IMG/VR virus record: IMGVR_UViG_2565956830_000008
Coordinates: 1-64,000 of that record
Source of the DNA: a virus
Taxonomy: Duplodnaviria > Caudoviricetes
Reading direction: 5' to 3' (one strand)
DNA: 64,000 nt
Position 1 is the stretch's first letter. The number at the start of each line of letters is the position of its first letter. The translations under genes were made by a program, and so were the position numbers. Of this stretch, positions 11,301 through 19,567 are shown piece by piece. The notes beneath the pieces were generated by a model that worked only from the letters and a program-made list of their open reading frames with translations, did not search any database and was not told the origin of the DNA.

Positions 11301-12335
11301 GAGCTTCACCGACGCCGACGACTTCGCGAACTCAAGCGCCGACGAGGCCAGTCGGCCGAACTCGGCCGAGACGGCGGTCATCCCCGTCTTCAGGGGCCCG
11401 CCGAGGGCGTTCGCCGCCGCCTCGATGTCGCCTTTCAGCGGCTTGAAGAACGCGCCCTGCACGCTCGCCTTCAGGGCGTCGAATGCGGGCTTCAGCGCCC
11501 GTACTTCCTTCGCCGCTGCCTGGGCCGCCGGGGACAGCCCCTTGAGGGCGGTCTCGAACTGCTTCGCGTTGCCGGTGAGCGCGGTCGAGAACGCCTTGCC
11601 TACACCGTCCAGGGCGAGCTTCAGCGTGCCCATCACGGCCTGGAGGCCGAGGAACGCGGCCGGGGCCGCCGCCACGATGCCCACCGCGGGGGCGAGCGCG
11701 CCGACCAGCGTCGCCACGCCCTGCGCGGCGCCCGCCACCGCGATACCGATCGCCCCGAACCGCAGCCCAGCCGCCAGGGTCCGGCCGATACCGCCCGCTA
11801 TCCGGCTCAGCCCCGCGAGGGACCGCGTGAACCGGTTGGTGTCGACGTCCGCGTTGACGCGGACGTTGGGCGCGTTGTGCGCCCGTATGCGGGAGTCGAA
11901 GTCGTCGAGGTCGGGGACGACCCGGATCGACACCTCTTCGTCAGCGAGAGCGGCCCGCAGGCGGGCCATGAACACGCTGACGTCCGGCGCCACCGGGATG
12001 TTCAGCGAGTCGATCCCGTTCAGCCCGGCCAGGAGCCGGGCATCGAACCGGGACAGGTCCGGCGAGACCGGAATGTCGATGGAGTCCAGGTGCCGCAGCT
12101 GGCGCAGCAGCGAGGCGTCGAACCGGGTCAGGTCCGGCTCTACCCGGATCTGCACCGAGACGGCGCGGAGGCTGTCCTGAAGGTTCCGCCGGATCTGCCG
12201 CGCGATGCCGTTCGTGGCCCGGTTCAGGGCCGCCTGGATCCGCTGCCCAAGCTGCTGCGCGTCAGCGACAACCCCGGTGTCATCGAGGTCGATCGTTATG
12301 CGAGCTGAGCCGTAGTCCTCGTCCTCGCCGGCCAC
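8304..12335 (-). CDS. Tail tape measure protein
   Basis: 1343 aa, Ala/Leu/Gly-rich amphipathic repeats, two SPS motifs (KINSPSKVF, GIHSPSTVF), N-terminal V.PDL.RFD repeats; follows the chaperone. Confidence 0.95.
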   Translation of the reverse strand: MAGEDEDYGSARITIDLDDTGVVADAQQLGQRIQAALNRATNGIARQIRRNLQDSLRAVSVQIRVEPDLTRFDASLLRQLRHLDSIDIPVSPDLSRFDARLLAGLNGIDSLNIPVAPDVSVFMARLRAALADEEVSIRVVPDLDDFDSRIRAHNAPNVRVNADVDTNRFTRSLAGLSRIAGGIGRTLAAGLRFGAIGIAVAGAAQGVATLVGALAPAVGIVAAAPAAFLGLQAVMGTLKLALDGVGKAFSTALTGNAKQFETALKGLSPAAQAAAKEVRALKPAFDALKASVQGAFFKPLKGDIEAAANALGGPLKTGMTAVSAEFGRLASSALEFAKSSASVKLVQGVFAGLKTEIAGIRSDSIERLLTAVANFTRSTLPGFTGLGSAIDGVANKLAAFLERATKAGSGLTWIQNALTVFQQLGGIAQNVGSILSSVFSAAGNVGAGFLANIQTITGQVAAFLKTASGQSAVGNIFATIGTIAQQLGPILSALVTQIGQIAPALGPVFATLGPAITGLINALGPALAAIAPSLQTVAAALSDAFESIGPSLGPLGQAIAQVITALAPLLPLAGQLVSILATALAPVLSTLAQAFQPIIQAVVGALMPILPPLADAFVQLVTALTPLATGIGQAIAQVFQILGPVLTQVADVIAQVVVALVPLITALTNALLPILPPLVEAFAAILQAIVPILPPVAQLVAALAPLLVTITNLLAPVLQIAAAFVSWTAINIVVPIIQAVVGILTGLLTALTSVVTFITNLPSLIVAGLSALGSLISTAFTAVVTFFQGLPGMILTALQALPGLLSNLFHLALQAVGTAIGVEIGLVILLFTRVPGLIVNALASLGSLLVRLFTSAWNAGKSAVSTGISAVVSFFSQLPGRAVSVLASLPGRAASVLRSAGSAMLGAARSAGSQLTSFFSGLPGKIKGALSGAASALVSVGRNLIQGMINGVKAMAGSIASAAKEVVGSAIKSAKSVLKINSPSKVFIAIGKGVGEGFIIGMTGSVDQIKATAQKLSQSIIAAFKGKNTKLDDSLLKLVSDGNKKLTSLANQRDAIAKQIADAQKFATDTAASALQSFSLQNLTQGGVSLFNITEGLDQAVSQVKDFTKQINDLSKRGLRKDLLSQIIALGPQQGAQLAEFLSNQSTASLKEINDLQKQLVSATNSLGKSAADDLFDAGKQASKGFLAGLKGQQKDIEDLMVSIAKAMQKSIRAALGIHSPSTVFRKIGDLTGLGLHDGFLGRLADLAKAARSSARRLTDAVSQPLSSLASTVSGPVVQPSLGDLSGAGLVLPGSGQPSGSAFSAARTAIGASVTNNITVQAANDPEQTARVILRRIAVANLT

Positions 12336-12399
12336 CGGGCAACCCCGCTTTCGCGTGTGGTTGCCCGGCCCTGAACCAGTCGGCTCCGGCCACCCCTTA
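12336..12399 (-). promoter_or_regulatory. Late leader element copy 4
   Basis: CTGGTTCAGGGCCG, then 30 nt to GTG; strong CGGGCAACC/GGTTGCCCG stem with CGC-GAAA-GCG cap; -10 degenerate (TAAGGG). Confidence 0.7.
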
Positions 12400-12432
12400 C
12401 GACCTGGGGTAACCGGCTTTCAAGACTATCTG

Positions 12433-12760
12433 CTAGCGGCCTCTCAGCCGCGCATCCTCACTGGCCATCGCAGCCATGAGGGCCTGGGCGTCGTTGACAT
12501 TCATCGCGGCCGCTCTCGGCCGCTCAGACGCCCCCGTACGCGCCCGGTAGCCCTTCGGCGGCGCGTACAACTCAGCCCGCTTCCGGGCCCGTTCGCTGTC
12601 GTCTTTCGCCCCGGCCTCGATCTGCGCCTCGGCCGCGTTGAGCATCCGCTTCAGCGGCCACTCGTGCGGGTTGATGCCCTGGAGGGCGAGGGCCCCGTCC
12701 CAGGCCTCCCACCAGGCCGCGACCTGGGCGCAGAGCCTGAAGACGACCCAGTAGGGCGGT
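12433..12760 (-). CDS. Tail assembly chaperone, -1 frameshift extension (GT-like)
   Basis: Open -1 frame from ...CCC TAC TGG (PYWVVFRLCAQ...) to the stop at 12433, between chaperone and tape measure. Confidence 0.7.
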
Positions 12761-13187
12761 TCCCACCCCCGTACAGCTCCACCGTGAATTCGAGGATCTC
12801 GGCGACCGCCCGCGTCGGCAGGCGCACCGCGTCGCGGACGACGGCGCCCGGGTGCTTGGCGGCGAAGGCCTGCGCCTCGTCGCCGTCCTGGAACGACTCC
12901 AGGACCTCGCCGCCCTTGACGACGTCCAGGCGCAGGAACAGCTCGGACGTCTCGGGCAGCATCTGCCGGGCCAGGAATACCCGCACTGCCCGCATCGTCT
13001 TCCGCAGGGCCGCGGGGTCGGCGTCTTCGAGGTTCTCCAGGTCGACGCCCTTCGCCTTCTGCGCCTCGCTCAGTTCGGCGTACGCGTCGACGAACTGGTC
13101 CCCCATGACCTCGGGCTCGAACTCAAGCTCGTAGGGGCCGACCTCGACGACGTGGGGCTCGGTGTACAGCTGGATCGTCTTCCGCAC
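12651..13187 (-). CDS. Tail assembly chaperone (G-like)
   Basis: 178 aa upstream of the tape measure, with a low-complexity tail after YGGGNRPT. Confidence 0.8.
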   Translation of the reverse strand: MRKTIQLYTEPHVVEVGPYELEFEPEVMGDQFVDAYAELSEAQKAKGVDLENLEDADPAALRKTMRAVRVFLARQMLPETSELFLRLDVVKGGEVLESFQDGDEAQAFAAKHPGAVVRDAVRLPTRAVAEILEFTVELYGGGNRPTGSSSGSAPRSRPGGRPGTGPSPSRASTRTSGR

Positions 13188-13248
13188 GGGTCATGTCCTT
13201 GTCTCCCGCTCCATGCCCGGCCCAAAACCAGCGGCATCCATGAGAGTA
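13188..13248 (-). promoter_or_regulatory. Late leader element copy 5
   Basis: TACTCT-N11-CTGGTTTTGGGCCG, then 30 nt to GTG; GGGCATG/CATGACCC stem. Confidence 0.75.
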
Positions 13249-13258
13249 GTCGCACAAC

Positions 13259-13639
13259 TCAGCGGCCCAACCGCAGCGCCCGCGCCAGGAAGTTGTTGGG
13301 CCGCGTACCGGGGTGCCGTACGAGCCGGGTGAACACCACGTGCCCGTCAACCTCGAACCTGAGCACCCCATTACGCCTTCGCGGCCGGATGAGGTGCGGC
13401 CGGGTGCCGTTCAGGACGAACAGTGTGGCCGGGTGGTCGCAGGTGATGACGCCCTCCAGGCCGCGCGGGCCCTCCTGGATGTCCCAGCTGATGTACCGGC
13501 CCATCGAGCCAGGCGCCTCCGCCTCGGCGATCCGCGCGACCCGCGCCGTGCGTTCCCGTAGCTTCCGCTCCACCCGGCCACCACGCAGGCGTAGCAGCTG
13601 CGCGATCCGGCCGCGCTCGATCCGTACCTCAACACTCAC
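13259..13639 (-). CDS. HK97 gp10-like tail completion protein
   Basis: GTG start (MSVEVRI); basic; FVLNGTRPH.IRP and VRHPGTRPNNFL motifs. Confidence 0.75.
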   Translation of the reverse strand: MSVEVRIERGRIAQLLRLRGGRVERKLRERTARVARIAEAEAPGSMGRYISWDIQEGPRGLEGVITCDHPATLFVLNGTRPHLIRPRRRNGVLRFEVDGHVVFTRLVRHPGTRPNNFLARALRLGR

Positions 13640-14222
13640 AGTCCGCCTCCGGGCACTTGCAGCCGGGCAGCGCGATCGTGACACGCTGTTCGACGCCGAC
13701 GCAGCCGCCTTGCGGGCCGAGGGTCTGCTGGCGGCCGAGGATGTACGGCCGTCCACGCCGCCGTCCTCGTCCCCCAGTGGCGGCGAGACAGCAAGTGATC
13801 GCGTTGAAGACGCCGACGGCATCGATGTGGGTCACGCGGGCAGCCGCCTCGAGTTCCTCGCACGACGGCGCGCATCCCTCTTCCGTAGGGCCGGGCGCGC
13901 ACCGCAGCAGCGTGACGACGAGCTCGACCGCCGTCGACAACGGCGGGGTGCAACCTCGTACGTTCTGGGGGGTGTTGTCCTCGGCGGGGAAGTTCGTCGA
14001 GCCGTACATGCGGCTCAGGTTCACGGTGAGCTGACCGCCGACGTCGCCAGTGCACGGGTCGGCGCACTCGTCCCACGCGGGCAAACCGGGGACGAGGCAG
14101 CGTCGGCACGTCGGGCAGCCCGGGTAGTCCTCGATCTGTGTCGCGAGGTCGTCAAGGGTGGCGCACACGCATGCAAGGAGGTCGGAGGCGGCCTCGTGGA
14201 TGGCGAGCGGCAGGAGCGGCAC
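13629..14222 (-). CDS. Putative tail terminator/neck protein
   Basis: 197 aa, Cys-rich, GPQGGCVG motif; in the connector block. Confidence 0.55.
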   Translation of the reverse strand: MPLLPLAIHEAASDLLACVCATLDDLATQIEDYPGCPTCRRCLVPGLPAWDECADPCTGDVGGQLTVNLSRMYGSTNFPAEDNTPQNVRGCTPPLSTAVELVVTLLRCAPGPTEEGCAPSCEELEAAARVTHIDAVGVFNAITCCLAATGGRGRRRGRPYILGRQQTLGPQGGCVGVEQRVTIALPGCKCPEADCEC

Positions 14223-14234
14223 GGTGGTCCCTTC

Positions 14235-15044
14235 CTACGGCCAGATCTGGATGCGTGGGCGCTTGAAGTCGGGGCTGTAGACCCGGCTCGGGGAGGTCTG
14301 CCGGTAGGGGTTGACGGCGGTCAGCCACATGTCGACGGCGGGGATGCCGGTCCGCATCTCCGAGTAGATGACCGTCGGGTCGGCGAACTCCAGGTCGACG
14401 CCCTGCCGGGACAGACGGCTGAGGTTCTTGTTCGACGCGACCTTGCAGCCGCAGCCGCCCGAGCAGTCCTTGACGAGGTGGCAGACCAGGGCGCTGAACG
14501 CGGCGATTGCCGCCTCGTCGAGCGGCAGCCCGACCCGGTAGGTGACGCAGAAGGTGTTCGGGTCGCCGCACGGTGCGGCCATGTCCTGGCAGTCGGGCCA
14601 GCAGCCGCCGTCTGTACGGACAAGGAGGCCTGCGGAGTCGACTCGGTAGGCGTCCTGGGGCAGGGTCTCGCCGTCGACCTGGACGGCCAGGACGTCGTGC
14701 ACCGGGGCCTCAAGGCGCACTTCGCACAGTTCGCCGCACGAGCAGTCGGACTTGCAGCTGCAGACGCTGGCGTTGCGCCAGGCCCCGTCGCGGCCGAGGT
14801 AGGGGATCCACGGGCCGGCCGTCTGCCAGCGCACGGTCAGCGGGTAAGCGTCCAGGCAGGCCCGGCGGCACGGCCGCACGGTGTAGGGGCATGACGGGCC
14901 CCAGCGTCGGCCGGACAGCGCCCACAGGATGAACGTCGCGACGGAGCGCTGCCTGTCGATGACCTCCTGGTCGACGCCCTCGGGGAGGTTGCAGCACACC
15001 GGGTCGAACGGCCACGGCTCGCACGGGCCGATACGCAGTGGCAT
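14235..15044 (-). CDS. Head-to-tail adaptor
   Basis: LWALSGRRWG, SRQGV and TGIPAVDMWLTAVNP motifs typical of actinophage adaptors. Confidence 0.75.
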   Translation of the reverse strand: MPLRIGPCEPWPFDPVCCNLPEGVDQEVIDRQRSVATFILWALSGRRWGPSCPYTVRPCRRACLDAYPLTVRWQTAGPWIPYLGRDGAWRNASVCSCKSDCSCGELCEVRLEAPVHDVLAVQVDGETLPQDAYRVDSAGLLVRTDGGCWPDCQDMAAPCGDPNTFCVTYRVGLPLDEAAIAAFSALVCHLVKDCSGGCGCKVASNKNLSRLSRQGVDLEFADPTVIYSEMRTGIPAVDMWLTAVNPYRQTSPSRVYSPDFKRPRIQIWP

Positions 15045-15047
15045 GGG

Positions 15048-15755
15048 TCAGCGCCTCCCGTGCTTCTCGTACCGGCACGGGTCGGGGAACCGTTCGCGGA
15101 TGAACCGGCCGACGGCTCCGTTGGTGAAGGAGTCCGGAGTCGTCGACAGGAACGGCGACGAGGCGTCGAACTGGGGGCCGCGGCGGGCAACCTTGACGTC
15201 CCGCATCGCAGTGCCGGTGACGCCGTTCAGGACCCCGTACACGGTGCGCTTGTGCACGTCGTGGCCCGGCGCGGCCTCCAGCGCCCGCAGCATGCCGTCC
15301 TTGTGCACGGGGAGCGGCACGTGCAGTTCGAACGACGTCGGATCCTCGTAGCCAAGGTCTGTAAGGAAGGCGTGCGTCTCCCGCATTGCGGCCACATAGG
15401 CGGATGAGCGGGTGCCGTACTGGGCGAACACCTCCCGGACGGGGCCGCGGTGGAGCACCGGGAACGGCGACGGCTGCGGGGCCATGACGAAGAAGTCGTC
15501 GTTCGCCCACAGGAAGGGGTCCGACACTTCCGGGTGCTCGCACGCGGCGCGTACCGCCGTGGTGGTGTTGGCATACGCGGGGAGCCCCCGCTGATGGGTG
15601 GCGATGTGGGCGGCGCCGGCCGCCCACCATGGCCGGTAGCCGACGATCCAGACATGCCGGTGCGGGAGGTTGGCCGCCCACGAGCGCAGCGCGTACCGCA
15701 GCTGCTCGTTGTTGGCGCCCTCCCTCACCGGCACGACCAGGTCCAAAGGCTCCAT
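15048..15755 (-). CDS. Stealth-family-like sugar-phosphate transferase
   Basis: ATG 15755 overlaps the major tail stop; DLVV, EQLRYALRS, FLWANDDFF and HVP motifs resemble Stealth conserved regions. Confidence 0.65.
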   Translation of the reverse strand: MEPLDLVVPVREGANNEQLRYALRSWAANLPHRHVWIVGYRPWWAAGAAHIATHQRGLPAYANTTTAVRAACEHPEVSDPFLWANDDFFVMAPQPSPFPVLHRGPVREVFAQYGTRSSAYVAAMRETHAFLTDLGYEDPTSFELHVPLPVHKDGMLRALEAAPGHDVHKRTVYGVLNGVTGTAMRDVKVARRGPQFDASSPFLSTTPDSFTNGAVGRFIRERFPDPCRYEKHGRR

Positions 15756-16447
15756 CACGCCGACATGGAGCCGCAGAGGACCGGCTGGTACTCGCACGAC
15801 GGGTTGGGCGGCGGCGTGGTCGTGAGGAAGATACGGCGGTGGCAGTCAGCGCCCAGCGGGGTGAGCATCGGGCCCGGCGTGCCGGCTGCGTCGACCGGCA
15901 TGACGTCGTACGGACCGACGCCCCACGAACCGCCTGCACGGGTCGAGCCGGTGATCTGAAGCGTCACCGCCTCCGAGCCGACCTCCAGATCGCCGAGGAG
16001 GCCGTTGCTGATCCACGGCAGCAGGAAGTAGAGCCACTGGCCCTGGGCGCCGTCGGCGCACTCCTCGCCGAGGACTTCCGCCCACAGTTCGAGGGCAAAG
16101 CCCGTCTTGCAGGCGACGCCGCAGGTGTCGACACCGATCGGGGTCCCGTCGTAGCCGAGGACGACAGGCTGACCGGTGAGCAGCTCCAGGATCTCCGGCG
16201 AGACGCTGAAGATGTTGAGCTCCATGTCGAAGCCCCGGAACGTCGGGCACCCCTTGCGGAAGCCGCAGACCTTCCCGTTGGCGGCCTTGTACTCGATGTC
16301 GTCGCCGTCGTCGACGTTGTTGTTCATCGCGATGCTGCTGAAGCACTCGGCGACGAACGCGTTGTCGTCACCGCAGACGGGGTTACCGCACTGGTCGACG
16401 CGCGTGATCCGAATGACGTCGGCGTTCGCGATCAGGGGACAGGACAT
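15755..16447 (-). CDS. Major tail tube protein
   Basis: ATG 16447 (MSCPLI) with AGGAG RBS; RITRVDQCG, KAANGKVC, FALELW, YFLLPW, WGVGPYDV motifs of actinophage tail tubes. Confidence 0.8.
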   Translation of the reverse strand: MSCPLIANADVIRITRVDQCGNPVCGDDNAFVAECFSSIAMNNNVDDGDDIEYKAANGKVCGFRKGCPTFRGFDMELNIFSVSPEILELLTGQPVVLGYDGTPIGVDTCGVACKTGFALELWAEVLGEECADGAQGQWLYFLLPWISNGLLGDLEVGSEAVTLQITGSTRAGGSWGVGPYDVMPVDAAGTPGPMLTPLGADCHRRIFLTTTPPPNPSCEYQPVLCGSMSA

Positions 16448-16506
16448 GCCGCGACTCCTGGGTGTTGCAGGAGTCCGGCCCTCAACCAGCGACGCAGCAC
16501 AGTCTA
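16448..16506 (-). promoter_or_regulatory. Late leader element copy 6
   Basis: TAGACT-N11-CTGGTTGAGGGCCG, then 28 nt to ATG; GACTCCTG/CAGGAGTC stem buries AGGAG. Confidence 0.8.
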
Positions 16507-16693
16507 GCTGCGGCGCACGCAACTAGCGGGGCGCCAACAGCGTTCAGGGGAGGTGACGGGCCATCCCGGTGGCGCACCCAGACGGCCTCGCCAGAACCCA
16601 TCAACGCCCACGGTCACGTCCGTCTTGGCGCAGGGCGACTCTAGGCCCAGGCGGGCGACGGAACAGCGGTCCGAGTTCAATGAGCTGCGTGCC

Positions 16694-17482
16694 TCACAGG
16701 AATCCGTCCCTGTATCCGTCCCTCTCGTCCTCCTGGTCCCGGTGCTGCTGCCGCCTGGAATCCCTACGGTTCCTTATGAAGTCGACCAGCGGCGCCCGGA
16801 ATGCGAATACGGCCATCAACGCGGCTGCGACGCTACCCAATGTGATCAAGAACGTCTGCATCGAGTCGATCCTGTGCGACCACGAGTCGCTCACCGTGAG
16901 GTCAATCGTGATGGGCGGCGTCAGCGTGTCGAGCGCCCTATCGGAGTCCCCTTGGTACGTAGTGAGGACAAGCACAAGCTCATAGTCCCCAGGCTCGCTC
17001 GCCGATACGGTCCACTGCCAATTGACGGTGTCACCAGGCTCGGCGATGACCTGTTTCGTCTTGTTATCAGCAAGGAGCTCAACTTGCACGCTGCGATTGG
17101 TGGAGGAGAGCGCGGCTCCCTCGACACCGCCCACCTGGAATTGGCGGGTTTCCACACCTGGGGGAACCGGAGCCGTCGTGCGCGAGGCGGCCTCTGCCGT
17201 GAGACTGATCCGATAAGTCGCGGAGTCATCGACGACTGCCGTAAGACTGGTCCGGTAGCTGAGTGTTCCGTCGAAGAGCTGCTTCCGGTCATCCACCACC
17301 TTGGCCCGAAACACCGCCTGATCAGGACCTGGGTCGACTCCGGCAGCTCCGCAGGCGCCTCCCGGAGAGAGAACGAGGAACAGGAGGCCGAGTGCGAACA
17401 AGAGGGCTGCTGTACAGCCGCATCCGCCAACCCATTCCAACAAACGATCGCCGGCGCCGCGCGTAGCTCCGGAGTCCCCCAC
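16694..17482 (-). CDS. Moron-like membrane protein (N- and C-terminal TM, beta-rich middle)
   Basis: 262 aa, visibly lower GC, long flanking intergenic DNA; interrupts the structural operon. Confidence 0.6.
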   Translation of the reverse strand: MGDSGATRGAGDRLLEWVGGCGCTAALLFALGLLFLVLSPGGACGAAGVDPGPDQAVFRAKVVDDRKQLFDGTLSYRTSLTAVVDDSATYRISLTAEAASRTTAPVPPGVETRQFQVGGVEGAALSSTNRSVQVELLADNKTKQVIAEPGDTVNWQWTVSASEPGDYELVLVLTTYQGDSDRALDTLTPPITIDLTVSDSWSHRIDSMQTFLITLGSVAAALMAVFAFRAPLVDFIRNRRDSRRQQHRDQEDERDGYRDGFL

Positions 17483-17703
17483 GGTCGCTCCCCCTCATGC
17501 CCGTAGACCGCTCTTCGCAGCGGGCCTCACGATCCGTGAGAGGGATTCTTCCCGCCGTGAGCGCCCTCTACAAGCCTCCACCCCTCACGAAACTGGACCC
17601 TGTGCACCGAGTTGGGAGAGACAGAAAACGGATGCTGGACCGTCACGCGGCGGCAACCTCGTTTCAGCAGGTCACGGCTCTTCTCCGATTGCCCTATTGC
17701 CTG

Positions 17704-19065
17704 TTAGGCCAGCGCTTGCACCGCTTCCACCCACTGCTTCAGCTCCGTGCTCATGCTGTCGGTGAGGAACGCGCTGCGGGCGAGCGCGGCGGCGGTCGCC
17801 TCGGCGCGGCGGTCGCCGTCGGGGTACAGCTCCTTGACGGCCGCCGCCCAGGAGCGGGCGTCGCTCCGGTCGATGAACGTCGCCCCGTCGTCAAGGGCCT
17901 CGCGCAGGCCCGGGGTCGGGTGCGCGATGACGGGGATGCCGGACGCGAGCGCCTCCACGGCCGCCATGCCGTACGACTCGTACACGCTGGGGACCAGCAG
18001 CACCCGCGTGTGCGCCCACACGTCGCCGCGCATGTCCGACGTCTGCGGGATCACCTGCGTGTTCGGCAGTACCAGCCCGGTGACCTGCCGACCGTGCGCG
18101 CCGGTCACGCCGAGGAACGGCAGCTTCGGCAGCGCGCGGGCGACCGCCCGCCACGTGTACACGCCCTTGTCCGAGCTGAGGTTGACCAGGGTGACCCGGT
18201 CCCCCGTGGCCGGCGCCCGGTGCTCGTCGGGGACGACGGGCGGATGCACGATGAGGGACGGCGTCCGGTCGACCTCCAGGTACCGGGTGGCGAGTGAGGC
18301 CCTCACCCACTCCGTGTTGTAGACGATCAGGTCAGGCCCGGCCTGCATCGACCGTGCCGAGTAGTCGTGGTCGGAGTGCATCAGCAGCACCGGCCGTGCT
18401 CCGATCTCGCGCGCCAGGCCGGTAGCGCGTGCCGCGTAGTCGTGGTGCGTCACCATCACCTGTGGACGCATCGACCGGAACAGCAAGTCGGCCGCGCGCG
18501 GCGCAAGGTGTATGTAGGGGACGCCGTCTACCTCCCACGATGGCGGCGCCTCGGGCATCGACGAGCAGACGACGAGGACGCCCATGCCCGCATTCTGGAG
18601 GGCGCGCATCATCGTGTGCAGCATCGTTTCTGAGCCTGCGCGCCGGTACGGCACCCCGTAGTGGATCCACGCCACCACCTTGGTCACCTGCCCGGCGAGC
18701 GGGTCGTCCGGCACGACGACTCGGGCCTGCGCCTGCCGGTGGGCGGGCAGCAGCCGGATACATGCCTCTTCGAACACGCCGAAATCCGCGTCGTAGTGCG
18801 GCAGTACGAGCTGCGGCACGCGTCGCAGGTTGGGCATGAGGCGTGCGGCTTGCCGGTCGTCGGCCACCGTCACAAGGACGTCGGGGCGGGCGGCCTGCTT
18901 GGCCCGCCACCAGTAGCCGAGCGGCCACACCTGCACACCGTCCACCTCGCGCGGGTTCTCCCGCTGGCGGACGGTGGTGACGAGATGCACCTCATGTCCG
19001 GCCGCCGCCATGGCGCTCAGGTACGCGGGCGGTTCATGCGTCGGCAGGAGTGCCAGGATGCGCAT
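17704..19065 (-). CDS. Glycosyltransferase, GT-B fold family 4
   Basis: ATG 19065 (MRILALL); AGSE, LVNLSSDKG and PSVYESYGMAAVEALASGIPVI signature. Confidence 0.9.
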   Translation of the reverse strand: MRILALLPTHEPPAYLSAMAAAGHEVHLVTTVRQRENPREVDGVQVWPLGYWWRAKQAARPDVLVTVADDRQAARLMPNLRRVPQLVLPHYDADFGVFEEACIRLLPAHRQAQARVVVPDDPLAGQVTKVVAWIHYGVPYRRAGSETMLHTMMRALQNAGMGVLVVCSSMPEAPPSWEVDGVPYIHLAPRAADLLFRSMRPQVMVTHHDYAARATGLAREIGARPVLLMHSDHDYSARSMQAGPDLIVYNTEWVRASLATRYLEVDRTPSLIVHPPVVPDEHRAPATGDRVTLVNLSSDKGVYTWRAVARALPKLPFLGVTGAHGRQVTGLVLPNTQVIPQTSDMRGDVWAHTRVLLVPSVYESYGMAAVEALASGIPVIAHPTPGLREALDDGATFIDRSDARSWAAAVKELYPDGDRRAEATAAALARSAFLTDSMSTELKQWVEAVQALA

Positions 19066-19099
19066 ACCAGGCGCGCTCAAAGCTGCGTTCCCTCCATGG

Positions 19100-19567
19100 T
19101 CAGGCCACCCGCTGGTAGCGCAGCGTCGTACGCCCGTTGCCATCCGAGTTCACCGATGCGCTATCGGTGATGCCGCTCTGGGTGACCCGGGCGGCTTCCA
19201 GCCGGATCGTGCGGGCGCCCGGGATCGTGTACCGAACCTGAATGGGCGCTGTGCGGTTCCAGGTGAGGAGCGTTCCCGAAGTGCCGGCCCCGACGAGCAG
19301 CTGATGCGCGAGAGCCTCACTGTCGGGGATGACAGCCTTGGCGGTCACGTCGTACAGGCGGGCAACGATGTACGCCCCTTCCCCGGTGGTCATGGTGCCG
19401 AGGAATGCCCGAACGGTTGCGTCGAGTTGGTACGTGCCAGCGCTCGGCAGCGTGAGCACCAGGCCAGTGGCAACGAACGTTCCCGACGGTGCCGCGTTGA
19501 GGTCGACGTTCGCGGGGAGGACGGCGAAACCGTCCTCGACGATGCGGATACTGCTGGAGGTGGCCAT
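19100..19567 (-). CDS. Putative fibre/decoration beta-sandwich protein
   Basis: MATSSS start; paralog of 20597-21067 (GFAVLPA.VDL, LPxAGTYxLDA.VR, ARL.DVTA, TTLRY.RVA). Confidence 0.6.
   Translation of the reverse strand: MATSSSIRIVEDGFAVLPANVDLNAAPSGTFVATGLVLTLPSAGTYQLDATVRAFLGTMTTGEGAYIVARLYDVTAKAVIPDSEALAHQLLVGAGTSGTLLTWNRTAPIQVRYTIPGARTIRLEAARVTQSGITDSASVNSDGNGRTTLRYQRVA

Noticed and set aside
7932-12308. 1458-aa plus-strand ORF and many other long overlapping ORFs (for example 12852-14894, 24854-26914, 28098-30335, 31481-33751, 47384-49777)
   Set aside because: Antisense shadows of real minus-strand genes in high-GC DNA; Arg/Gly/Pro-rich with no motifs.
2120-16447. Contractile tail, tailocin or eCIS
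   Set aside because: No sheath or baseplate wedge genes recognised; capsid, portal and terminase are present.
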